From positions 24,486,345 through 24,550,344 of the forward strand of contig NC_134028.1 in NCBI RefSeq assembly GCF_964204645.1: 64,000 bases of DNA. The letters are read 5' to 3'. Below, piece after piece: positions 40,702 to 53,800 of the stretch. The position numbers were made by a program, and so were the translations under genes. Below the pieces are notes generated by a model, which did no database searches, was not told the origin of the DNA, and worked only from the letters and a program-made list of their open reading frames with translations. The DNA is from Tubulanus polymorphus. Taxonomy: Eukaryota; Animalia; Nemertea. How positions within the stretch are numbered: the stretch's first letter is position 1; the number at the start of each line of letters is the position of its first letter.

Positions 40702-40920
40702 ATGAGATTCTTCTCGAGATACAAGATATTTTTCTATATCGTGCTCGTTATCATCGTCGTTCAAATATACGTCGGGTTTTATTTCATCAATTCGACGACG
40801 ACGAAGAAACGAACGGAGGAAGAGAACGGGCCGAATTCCTACGTGGTCGTAGATGATGGGAATTTACAACTTCGCTATCAAGATGGGAACGGTATCCAGA
40901 TTAAACCTGCACAAGAAATC
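40702..40920 (+). CDS. oxt: oxt coding exon 1 (signal anchor)
   Basis: First ATG after an in-frame stop; [28 protein letters not shown]; GTAAGT donor at 40921. Confidence 0.85.
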
Positions 40921-43900
40921 GTAAGTTTGGTCGTAAACATGGATTGTAGGCTTATACAGTACAGTGAATATATTGCTGGTGGTTCATTCATTCATTCATG
41001 AACAGCGATTTCCTCCAGCTCACTGACATTCATGTACTTTGTTTGTAAAAAGAAAAACACTTGCTGCTTTAAAAGAAGGAAAAGAAAGTGCATATAGAAA
41101 ATTTGGTCAATCATGGTTTTGTTATTTTTCACTCAACCAACATCTTCACCCGTCAAGGGATTCGTACCCACAACGCTAAAGCTGTTCCCCGAACCCCTTG
41201 ACCTCACGAGTCATTGGAGTCGTTACTAGTTGACCAGAATCCGGTCGTATCAATCACAGCGCTTGTAACAAACGACTTTAGGCTTTTATTGGTTTTCCCG
41301 TTAAATGGACCAAGGAAGTATTTTGCAAATCGATGTATGACGTCATGCGCAACAGCGCCTGTAATGAAATCAGGCTTTGTGAGGCCAGGGGGCTGGTGGA
41401 AGCGAGTTCGGGAGTGATACCTGACCCCTGGCAAGCGAGGATGCTCAACCAATAGAGCAACTGGCCCCTGCTGGTCCATTAGTTTACTGAAAAGGGGGAT
41501 TGTGCATCATTTGTACAAAGGTCCTCTCCCCAAGTACAATGGGTTATGGACCATTCAGGAGTAGCCCCTAATCAGAATCAAATTTGAAGTGTCGGCATGT
41601 TTTCCGTTTTTAGTATCGAGGCAAGGACGATGATAAGTCGAATTCGCTGGTTCCGTCTCGGACCATGAATTTCAAGCCGAAATGCGAAATAACGAGCAAA
41701 GACGCGTTATCGGCGCTTTCCCGCGCGAGAACTACGCAGTGTAAACAGGAAATCGCCGACGTCGCCTGCGAAGCTCAACGCGGGACGCTTTATTGGAAGA
41801 AACTTCCTCGATTCTGTAAATATAAAGGTAAGATAGATTGTAGAATGAGAAAAAGAGAATGAGTTTATAATCTATGTTTTTTATATTCAAATATGGAATT
41901 TTCTTTAATTATTTGTTTGATTCGATATTATATCCATTTTTGGTGTGTAGCTTAAACGCCCGCCTGCCTCACCTACCGGTAATGAAACAGGCGTTCCATT
42001 TTGAAGTTTGGAAAGTACAGAGATGTAGGCCTAGTTGTGTAAATAATGTTCCTTCCAGCCTGAACCGACAATCAACTGATTGTTTTGTAGGCTGCCTAAT
42101 TCTAACTTTACCCTCATTCCCATTTCACCCCATTAGTCTTTTTCAAAAAGGGGCAAAATGGGAATAAAGTGATAAAAACGAACATGCAAGAACAAGCAAC
42201 TGATTGGGGTTTATTTTGTAGGCTGCCTAATTTGTAACATTGCGATTTAGTAGAAATAACAATAAGAGTTTCAACAGACACTTAATAGTCAATTGTTCCA
42301 GGTACATTAACAATGACATTGTTTCTGTAGGATTTTTACTTACACCCAAATGTTATAGTGATGAGGAAAAATGTCAGCTAAACCTATTACAAAATATACA
42401 AGATTTTTTCCATCTTTGACGGATTTGATCCTTAAACCAATATTCTAAGCAATGGATGCAGAGAACTGAGTACGACTAGCCGTCTTTGTAAACTTTTGTA
42501 AACTACCTAGTGATAAATGCGGTACTTTTTAATCAAACAGGGAAGCAGTTGGCCTGGCAATTTACAATTTGAATTTCATAAACTTCCGTATTATCTGTAT
42601 TGGGAATGTCAGTGTTGATTTGATAATCTCCCATTGTAACATCTGCTAACTGATTTAACCTCGTAGCTGTTGTCGCTTGATTGTGAATTTGGGCGGAAAT
42701 TTCAACGAATTCAACAATTACCGTTTCTAATTCGATTTAATTTGCGAGCGCTTTGTATGAATTACAATCGAAGCCCGCACATACATATTTCATAACTTCT
42801 AAACCTATTCAAATTTCAGCAATTGTGTCAAAATATTTCGTAATAACGTTGAAATGAAAATAAGTCCCCAGGTTTCGTTTCACAGTTCTCGACTGAAGTT
42901 ATTAGGCTAATATATTTGTAATAAAGTTTTTAGAGGAAAGTTGTTGTTTGGGATTCAATGTATTTGGTGGATGCCAGTTTTCTAGATGGGCCTGACTGAT
43001 AAGCATGTACATCGTGTATTGTGCTATCAGATATAGGGTGGAAATGGATCAGTAAGGTTTCATTGCGTTGTACTGGTTACCGGTACTAAATTCTTCATAT
43101 AAGTAAATGCATTGTATGATTTATTTACTCATCACAGTTATACAAACTGGTCTGATGGGAAGCACGATTTCATCAAAAAAAATCTTACCAGATGGCAGTC
43201 TACTGAAAATGACGTTCGATGTATTTCAATAAAAAATATCGTATATGAGCACAACATTTACACTTTTTATGTGTCAACTAATGTTCACCGCTGCCTGTTT
43301 TAAACCTGAAATACTGTTAGTCAGGAATCACAGCCGTAGGCCTGAACTCAGAGTTGAATATCTGGAGACATTTTCAACATTGTTTTGCCTGTTTACACGT
43401 TTCAATGCCTCGAGAAATTGTGTTATTTCTGAAACTGAAAGACATCTTTCACTGATTCGTTACAATGTCGCAGACGTTATTATTTCACGACTGTAAAAAC
43501 AGCTCGAAGCAAAGTCTGACATTTTGTCTTCAAATGGTTTCTATATTTATTTTAGGACTTGGTCTTATCTTCAGCAAATATTCCTGAACAAAATTTTCGT
43601 CGGAGAATTCTCCACCTGTTTCGATGTTAATACTCATGAGTTTTTTTGCGACTGCTGACTGGCCACAAGTATCGATCCTAGCCAAATTGAAAAATAAAGT
43701 GATGAGAAAAATCAATTAGCATTTGAACTGAGAACTACTGTGGAGTCAAATCAAACCCGTATAACTACAACTGGATACAGACTCAACATAACTGTTGAGT
43801 CCAGAGTAACACATCTGTAGAATGGGTGGGCCTAGAAGAACTGGCTCCAGAATCAAATCATATACACTTAGAACGGAAGAACTGGATCAAATGTCAATCC

Positions 43901-46900
43901 CAAAATTTGGAACTGAGTTCCTGGTCGAATGGCTTTTAACTCATGATTGTTGAACTGGATCCTGTTCTAGATTTGAGTCGGGAGTCCACTTTAAAAGAAA
44001 AACTATTTGGATCAAATCTATGTACATAACATATCTGTCGATGGTGGTTTGATAAAACGGGGATTTTGGCGGTTAACAGTATCATGGACATATGGATGAG
44101 AATATAATAATATGGAGATCGACGTATAATCTTGTTTATACATGCACGCTAGCATTTTACCTATCTGTTCATAATTCACACGATTCACTGACAATAACAT
44201 CAGCTTTCACTCCTCAATCAACTCATGTTTACGATTGAAACTTCTATCATGCATGAGTCAGTAATGTATTTCATTTGTCTGATAAAGAGAAAGCTGAGAG
44301 AGAGGCAGAGGCAGAGGCAGAGGCAGAGGGAATATCTGAATCCTGAAAGGGATCGAGCATTCACAGATATTTCCTACTGCATCTTATTGAGGTTTTTATG
44401 TCAGGCCTTCGTTCATCGATTCCACTTTGATTTACTTTATCTTTAAGAGCAGACAACTAGAAAAACGGCGCTCGTGCGCACGGAACTTGAAAGAGAAATT
44501 ATTGAATGTAACTGTGTTTGAAGTTTAACGAGGTTATAGGTGTTCGATGACGTAAGGGAGAGAAATAGAAGTCGACAGCGGCGCCAGAGTTTCGAGCGAC
44601 GCGATTTTAATAAAATTTTTTAAGCGAAAGCGACATCGTTGAAACGCGTCATGACGTAAACATGACAGGATCCCTACGACTCCTTGATTCCTTAAAAACT
44701 CCTTCCCAAACGTAAAATGCTTTTGAAGATGCTTGAAACTCCTTTTATCTTTTATTTTAAGAAATGTCTGAAACTCCTCTTAAACTCCTTCAATTATGAG
44801 AAATAGGCAATTAGAGATTGTTGTCTAGTTTATAGTTGTACAGTAAACTATGCCTAAATTAGATCTGTTGGACCCAGATTTTTTTTAAACCAAATTGGCT
44901 GGCTACGGACTTAGAAACATATTTTGGTTGTGTAAAGGATAAAAATTACTTAAAAACCACCGAATTGGATAAACGGTACCGATTTAGGAGGAGTCTCCCG
45001 TATTAATTAGGATATGAAAGTGATACAGACACTTCCTCGATCATTGAAATTTTCTCCTCGAAAACTCCTTTTATCCAGGAATAACTGATCTGTACGCACC
45101 CCGGTATGAGAAATTAATGCGAGTTGAAGACTCGAGATGGCGACGTCAATTGACTTTGAGTATTGGATATAGCCGGCGGGTGTCGCGCGCATTATTGAAA
45201 ATCATTCTCTTTGGCGTTGTCGTGTTGATGGGCGCGCGGTGGATGAAATCTCAGTGTTGTTAATCTAATTATGTTAATTGAATTGTCACATCGCATGTTG
45301 TCATTAACGGCATCTGCCTCGTCTGATCTACCTGAGTAATTATGAATGCATCAATGTCAACATCCATCGGTCATCCCCCCTCACACCTCTTGAGGCCATC
45401 TATCGGTCATCCCCCTCATACCTCATGCAGCCATCCATCGGTCATCCCCTCACACCTGCGGCCATCCATCGGTCATCCCCCCTCACACCTTGTGCGGCCA
45501 TCCATCGGTCATCCCCTCACACCTGCGGCCATCCATCGGTCATCCCCCTCACACCTCCTGAGGCCATCAATCGGTCATCCCCTCACACCTCGTGTGGCCA
45601 TCCATCAGTCATCCCCCTCACAACTCATGCGACCATCCATCAGTCATCCCCCTCACACCTCATGCGGCCATCCATCGGTCATTCCCCTCACACCTCATGC
45701 GGCCATCCATCGGTCATTCCCCCTCACACCTCATGCGGCCATCCATCGGTCATTCCCCTCACACCTCATGCGGCCATCCATCGGTCGGGCCTGGTCTGAC
45801 ATTTTTGGTCGGGTCAAACAGGCACGGCTCCATTTGGCATCCGTGTGAATTGTTGCGTGTGATTTCGGCTAACGATTCTGTCTTATTACTCCTAGATTTT
45901 ACCATAAATTAATATTATATTGGATTTATTCTTTTGGGGAAATTGGTGATCATGATTTTACCATGAATTCATTCTATATTGAATTTAATCATTTGTCGAA
46001 GATCATGTAATTCATCGTTTTTGCAAAAATTCAAACTCGAAATCGAAGCCGAACTGATCATCATAGATAGATCTCGCCACTAGTGATTCTGACTCGTCGC
46101 CTCGCGGCGTTAGAAATTCAATTGAGATTGCGTTAGATCTCGTTCGATTAGGTTCATTACGCACTTATACCTATACGAGAGAGAGAGTGAGCGAGAAGAG
46201 AGAAGAGAGGGAAGAGGATAGAGAGATCACAACTCTCTGACCAGAGAACGACATTAGAACTGTTACGCTGACGCGCGTGTCGGAGCGCGGCCGTGGATGC
46301 GCTAGCTACATTCGAACGAACGAGATGATCGTTGCTGAAGGTAAAGCCCCGCCGCGATCAATCAATCATTGAACGGTTGTTGTATCGGTAATCACAGAGC
46401 TCTCGACGACCGACCGACCGACGTGTTGTAATCAATGACCGGTCGAGTAGTGTTTACGGCTGCTGTGAGACCCGGTGGTGGTCAGCATGCTAGCGACCAC
46501 GCCTCGTGAATGGATCCCGTTACCGCGTTGTTGATTATTTGCGTAGCGATTTGTATGTTGTTGGTAGTTTGTTTCGCGTGTTATTGTATCTGTTATCACG
46601 GTAGTTGAAGGAATCTGCGGCCCGCGCCCGTGACCCGACGTTTTCGCTCCACGGGTACCGCGCTCCGTGGCTCCCGGATGGCTCGGACTCCCGCGGAATT
46701 ATTCGGCAGTTTGTATCTCGGATGAAATGTTTCGAATGAAGGAGTATTTATTAAATCGCGATCGCGCTGATTTATTGTTTGAGGAAGTTTCATTGATCGA
46801 CTTCGGTTTGGTTTTTAGTTTCGTAGTCGCGTCGTCTCTCTGTCTATCGGTCATCCACATTTTCCAACAAATCGCAGGTACGTTTATATGAATAACTACT

Positions 46901-47747
46901 CAGATTTTAGTGTTTTTAGCCGTTAGATTAGCTCAGTCATAAGCCGATATGGCGCAAGCATTTCGACCAACGAACCATTCATATGGGAATGTGCCTGTTT
47001 GCCCCAGCTAAATTTGGCAAAGTGCTGGACCAAGTCCGTGCCAAATTTTATTGCGTGTGAATGTTAAATGTTAAATAACTTGGAAGTACCACAGCATCCA
47101 AGTGAGTGGTTTATGAGTGAACACGCTCTCTAATTATGCACGCGTCGAATTGTGACTCTGGTCTCTGTGATCCAGGTCAGTTCAACCCGGGCCAAATCAT
47201 CTCTGCGTGACTGGAATTATTTCAGAGTTAATCAGCAAAATCTAAACTTCATCATCAGAGAAACAGAAAGATATTTTTTCGTTTCTCGGTCAAAACTCTG
47301 AAACTGTCCAAAGAAAAATTAAAATATTGTCTCTTATTGAGAAACAGTGGTTCTTTCTATGACACAGTGGTCAAGTCATTTAATCGAAGAATCGAAGCAA
47401 TTGAATTTAATTTGAAATGAATCTAATGAATGAATGAATTTAAGCGCGGGTTGAAATCAGTTCATGCCAATTTTTCAGCTACGTAAAAACTTTTCCATCA
47501 CTGATCATTGAAGAATCAGCTTGAAATTTCTTGTACTCGTTTAGTTCTCTCAGCATCACATCGAAAACATAAATCTTCAAAAGATATCAGTTCATAGGGA
47601 AATTTATCAGTAAGTGACTATGTTGGACCTGTGTAGATGTGTAGTGTCAAAAAGCTATTCTCGATTGTGATTAATCTTACAACGGAGTTCAGAGTTGCAA
47701 ATTGTACAAATTACAATCCTCCATCTCTCATTAGATATATAATATAC

Positions 47748-47845
<98 letters not shown>

Positions 47846-50800
47846 TAGATATATATATATATATATATAAATATATATATGTATATATATATATATATAT
47901 ACATGTGTGTTAGTAGGGTTCGTTCCCATCATCACTAAAGAGTATTCTTATCAATTATGGTAAATATTTCATGTTTATGCTCATTATCTCTTACAGTAAA
48001 CAGTTACAGTACGTATCTACTGCACTATAGGCGCACTTAAGTTCCTACTTCAGTTCCGTCTACTAGAAATTCCTTTTGCCCTAAAGGCCTTGACTTGGGC
48101 AATGTAGCTGTATGATAAAACTCAATAAATCAGCTGGGCCAGAAGAATGAATTTAGCATTGACATAAATCGGAATGAATTCAGCATTGATGTATATGGAG
48201 GTATCAATCTGCTGTCCGGACCTTGTATCCCCTAAAAACAATCAGTACTTCACCACCATTCTTCCAATTTCCACTTGAGACATTTCTAATTGAAAATTAA
48301 CTTCCAGCACCAGATATTAGGCATTTTATTAAGATTAGTTCAGAAGAGAATGAGAGAGAAGAGTTCAGATTTGACTCATTGAAAATGAACAGACTTTAAC
48401 TCAGAGTTAAACTTGTCGAACTCACCGCTGTGGAACTGGATCCTGAAGGTTCAATTCGGGCTAATTAATTCTTTGTAGCGACAACAGTAATGAAAAAAAA
48501 AACACTACCAGCAGCAGTTTTCATAAGACTGAGGGAATTACCTCAATTTCATATTGACTGTTACCGGCGGCGATGAGAACGCTGTAGCTTCTATCGATAG
48601 CAATTAATTTCTGATTGCGATGATGATGGGAATTTCGTTAAGTAGATTAATTAGAAAACGAAGAACAACCCACGACGCAACAGCAGTTTATTTTTACAAT
48701 TAGAAGTTATCATCAAATCAGTTACAGAAAGTATCAACAACAATTGTGTTTCCATCTGAAGACGTGAAATTTCTATCGAGCAACGTTACAAACTCTCAGA
48801 AAAGAATAATCAGTTTTTACCAATGGAATGAGCCCTTACTGTATCCTATAACTATAGCGGATGGTATATACATCAGACCTTCGGTTCAAAAAGTAAGCGC
48901 TTAGGACTTTTACCGTTCATTCCAAAAATGATAAGCACTGATAAGACTGTCACAGATTCCTCGCTACAATCCACGCTCGAGTTGGTAGCTCTGTAGTTGA
49001 CTGCGTTAATCTAAAATGTGACCTTAATGCGTGTCAGGTCGCCACACGTTGATGTATACCCCCCCCCCCCCCCCCCCCGACAAGTGTCTTATTTCCTGAT
49101 TGAACAAACTTAGGCAAAGAGCAATCGGTGAATGTGAAATCAATAACACTGGCTAATTACAGCTTCAACAACGCATTGAGTGGGGGCGGGGGGCGGGGTG
49201 CAGGTGAGAGGGGGGTTCTTACAAACACACCTCGATTACAAAATCACCAGTTCAAAAATCAGCCCAATGAAGTCAATATCATCGTGAAGTTGTACAGGGA
49301 CCTGAAGGGATGCAGGGTTCTGGTAGCTGGTTGTTAAGTTGCCAGCAGATTTGTAAGGGACATTCTAAATAGATAAGAGATAAGAAGTACAAGTAAAGCG
49401 TTCGACTTTGAGTTCTATAAAAAAGTGAAAATCTAAAGCAGTCGTTGATAATGAAATATCGCTCGTAAAAACCTCCGCATACATCATTAAACAAACATGG
49501 TTTCAAGACGTGCGAATCAAGACAAATTGTTTTAATCCGTTACTTTTCCAATGCAAATTTCTCTTATTAATTCAGTTTCAAGCGATGATGACTACGAGGA
49601 CATCATCCTCATCATCATCATCATCATCATCATCATCAGCGTCGTGGATTTTTCTTTAAAACGGGACTCGATCCGATACGTCATTGTCTAGCGCATGTGT
49701 CTGTGTGTATGTGTATGTGTGTTATAGATGGGGCTAGAATTAGTTTTTCGCTTGATTGCTCGCGACGATAGTTTGTCAATAAGATGTTTTATGCCCGATC
49801 ACTCGTACATCTTCAATCAGGTCCCATTGCGTCATAATTCGATGTCGTTAGTAATTGCATCCGGGCTTCACGATAGGCATGTCACGAATATGTCGAGTTT
49901 AGACTGCGCGTACCGATGGGCTGCGTGTGTATGAATGAAGAAATTAGGTGTCCTGTCAACGATCAACAATCCTGGCCCATAAATTGAAGACGTAGCTAGA
50001 CTGGATTTAGAGTCGGAAAATATCTACACTGAGTCTACGGTTAAAGATAGTTTAGCTAGACTTGGTTCAGAGTTAACGGTAGCTAGATTGGGTTCAGATT
50101 TCAAGATACCTAGATTGTGGAAGCAATTGATTTCCTATTTTTCGATCTGGAATGGAGCCCAATTCAAGATTTTCAATTAAGTACGTGTATTTGATAAGCC
50201 TGATAGATTTTAACACCTTGAGTTTGTTAATTAGACACCCAGTACTCTCTCTTACCCTCTCTCTCCCTCTCCTCATCCTCTCTCTCCTCTTCCTCTCCCT
50301 CCCTCTCCTCTTGCCCGCTCTTCCTCTCTGCGTGCATAGAAGTAGTTAAGATGTATACAGTTTCATGCAGGTCCCGACTGTTGTTCAGTTGCGTGAAATC
50401 ACGATTGATCAGATCAGTTAAAGAGATGTTCTATGAAAGATTCATCAGTGTTCTCTGATAAGACTCTCTCTCTCCGGCTCTCTTTCTCTCTCTCCCTACT
50501 CTCTCCCCTTCGGTGATTTGAATTGATCCGAGTTTGATTTTAATATCGATTTCTTCAGATGAGCGATCGTGTTTGATTTCAACATCGCGTCGTGTCCTAC
50601 ATCGATCTCATTATGATTTGTTTCTTCGGTATAAAAGTGTCGATTCACAGGAAAAATCTGAGGTCTTCAGGGTTCGTTTTCGGCAGTTTACCGGTAACCT
50701 GAGCGTACTACGTTAAATGAAATTTCTCAACCGGATTCAGTGAATCTGATAATGATTCAGGGGTTCAACTTCGTGAAACTGTGTCCGTGTAACATAGTTC

Positions 50801-53800
50801 GGCTGTAACCACTTTCCTTCCTTCACGTGAGGAATTTCTTCCGACATTCGGCTGGTTTGTTCTCTTCCCATTCATGTAGTACACATCCCTGTTACACATG
50901 TTTTTTTTAGCCAAAGACTCCCGGCATTTTTCATCTTGTCAATTTTGATGGATTATCTGCCAATATTAGGCAATCGCGTTTATGGGCAGTTATCGATTCG
51001 TTCGTTCATGTTCCGTGTCCGTCTGCCCTTATCTTGAGAATTTGTTTGGGTTTATTAACTTACACTGACATTGCCACTGTACGCACGCCTCTGAGGAACC
51101 CAGCACGCTCTGGTCAACAAACTGTGGGCTGTCTGCCGTGGCGGCGTACAGCTCGTCGTATTATTAATGGTTCGTTCATTGCTCCGCAGCCACGGCGAAA
51201 GATAAGTCCGTATTTGCTTTAGGGATAGGTGGAACAAAACCAAACGCCGACGACGGCGTCGCTGTTGTTTTGATTTATGATCATATCGCGAAAAAAAGGC
51301 GACTGATCTTCATAAAGGATAAGCAGCAAGGCGAGACCTTCCTCCTGACCGCTTTAATAGGCTACGCTAGGGACCACCTCGTCAAAACGAGTTTAAGATT
51401 AATCCAAAATTCGGACCAAAATATAGATGTAAAAGATTTGTACATAAAATGTTATTGAAAGAGAAAATTAACGTTGATATCTAATATTTACTCGGAGAAG
51501 GTGTGTATGAAATCAAATATTCGATGCCTTGAGCCCGGCTCGATCTATAAATGTGCCAACAGTTTTGGGCTAATGAATTAGATGCATGCAAGTAGTAGTT
51601 TAGATTGGTCGTCTGCATCGAGGCGTCTAAGTTAGAGGAATATGTAGTAACATCTTTGAGGAGTTCATCCTGCAGATTTTCTCATCTAGAGCGCACATCA
51701 AAATTCGGTTTCAATCTTTCTGCATTACCAAAGTCTATACTCTATATATTTCTAGGTCAACCCTGTCAATAAGTAGCAGTTGAACGTAGACTCATAGCTT
51801 GGACTTTTCGTGATATCGTATTAATGTATTCTCTCTCTCTGTTTTGTTTTATTTGCAGATGAAAATGAAGGTCAATTTCTCGGATGTTTCAAAGATGTCA
51901 AATCGAACAGAGATCTGTCGGCTTACAACGTCGTTTTTGAAACCGACAATTCGCCAGAAAAATGCATTTATACCTGCTATAGACTAGGTAAGTGTTGAGT
52001 GGAGAGAACGTGTTCGCATTCTTTATGAAATCATGTGATTGCATTGGGATTAGATTGATTCGAAAAATGTGAAAAATACTTTTTTAAGTCGAGATTTGTG
52101 TCGAAGATAGTGAAAAAAAAGTGAAAATTTTATGAAAATGTTTGAAATTTTGGTTGCAGATAATTTTCATGTAGAATGATCTTGCAAGTCGTGATTAGAG
52201 ACTTGAGTCTATTCATTTTTGTCCGGGATCAATTTTTGTGGATATTTCTCTCAATCTTTTGAACGCACAACTCAAATTTGTCATAATACGACCAGTGAAA
52301 CTGTGCTGTCTGAATAAACCATCGTTTCATATCCATTTTACACTGTTTTGAAGGATTGCTAAAAAGTCTTCTTTAACTCATTTGTATCAGAGAAAAGAGA
52401 CTCCATTTTATGAATAGACATGTCTTAAAATGATCGAGGTATTACGAGACTGAAGAGGGCTCCCGGGGTAGACTGCCTGATTGCCTGCGAAATTTGCATA
52501 TTCAGTCGTAATATATCTTCTACTTGCACATTGTCCATTAAAGATAGAAATGGCTTTTCAGCAATGATTCTGCTGATTTATTATTGATGGTTCGATTTTG
52601 TGCGCGAGGCCTGATAGATCGGTTTAACCTTCGCAAACAAATGCCAATCGGTAATCAATGCTTGTCGTAATATAATTAAGGCTTCGCTTTAAGACGTAAC
52701 GACGTGAACGGGGGCGGTTCGATGTATAGATTGTATCAACAATTAGGATCTCATTCGGTGTCGATCCGAGTGAGATCAATAATCACAACCAGAGACAATT
52801 TCATTCTTAATCTCGTAGTATATTTCATCTCGTTCGTATCGACGTTCAAGCAGGGTTTGTATCATCTCTGATTACTTGAATTAGTCTCTTTGTCTCTGGA
52901 TTGTATATATATATATATCTCATAATTTCTGTAGTATCTCATTATTCCTGAAGATGGCTATTAGGATATAGTCGAAACGTTGAAATAAACTACTGTCTCG
53001 AAGTTTCATTTTCGGACTTTTTCGTTATAATTGTGGGATTCTCTCTACTCTACGAGGCCTGTAGTGAGTGAAGTTTTGAAAATTTTGCATTTCGGGAGAT
53101 ATTGATAATGGCCCGTCTGTCCTATCCTGTCTGTCCTATTCTATCCTTTCCTCCCTTTCCTATCCTGTGTTATCCTTTCCTATCCTGTCCTATCCTAATC
53201 CGTCCAATCCTATCCTGTCCAACCCTATCCTTTCCCAGATGGTATCCTATACTATCCATTCCTATCCAATCCTATGTTGTCCTTTTCCATATCCTACTCT
53301 TTCCTACATTTTCCACCTATCACATTATGATGTACATAAGGAGTAAGGTATCAAACTATATTACTGCGTGCGCTGATTTTGCTGCCTTCGTCAATTTGTC
53401 ACCAACAGCCGGATTGGGATTCTTTGATTTAGCCAATCTGTATCGGTGAGTCTCGGTGAGTCCTTGTTGGATATCAAAGACTAGCCGCTGAAAATTGGTC
53501 GCTACGTGATATCTTTTTATAGTCATCTTTAATTTGTCATCGGTTACACAACAAAGAACAACAGCAGCAGCAGCAGCAGCCGAGACAATTACTCATTTCA
53601 TTGCGAGAAATACTGATTTGATGATTTTTTATTAACAGCAATACGAAAGGCATCATCGAGGGTCTTACCCGCTTTGATTACTGATTAATTCGAATTCATA
53701 GAAATATGTAAGGTGTAACTAAGGGACTTACCCCCCCCCCCTTGATTACTGATTAATTCAAATTCATAGAAATATGTAAGGTGTAACTAAGGGACTTACC

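Noticed and set aside
40687-41001. ORF-track start (GTG 40687) and extension past 40920
   Set aside because: The eukaryotic start is ATG 40702, and the frame leaves via the GTAAGT donor at 40921
45342-45912. 168, 124 and 106 aa ORFs
   Set aside because: Translations of a minisatellite in three frames
52745-52790. Hairpin carrying the bantam-like seed TGAGATC
   Set aside because: Only a 12-bp stem, and the rest does not match bantam or pre-miRNA geometry
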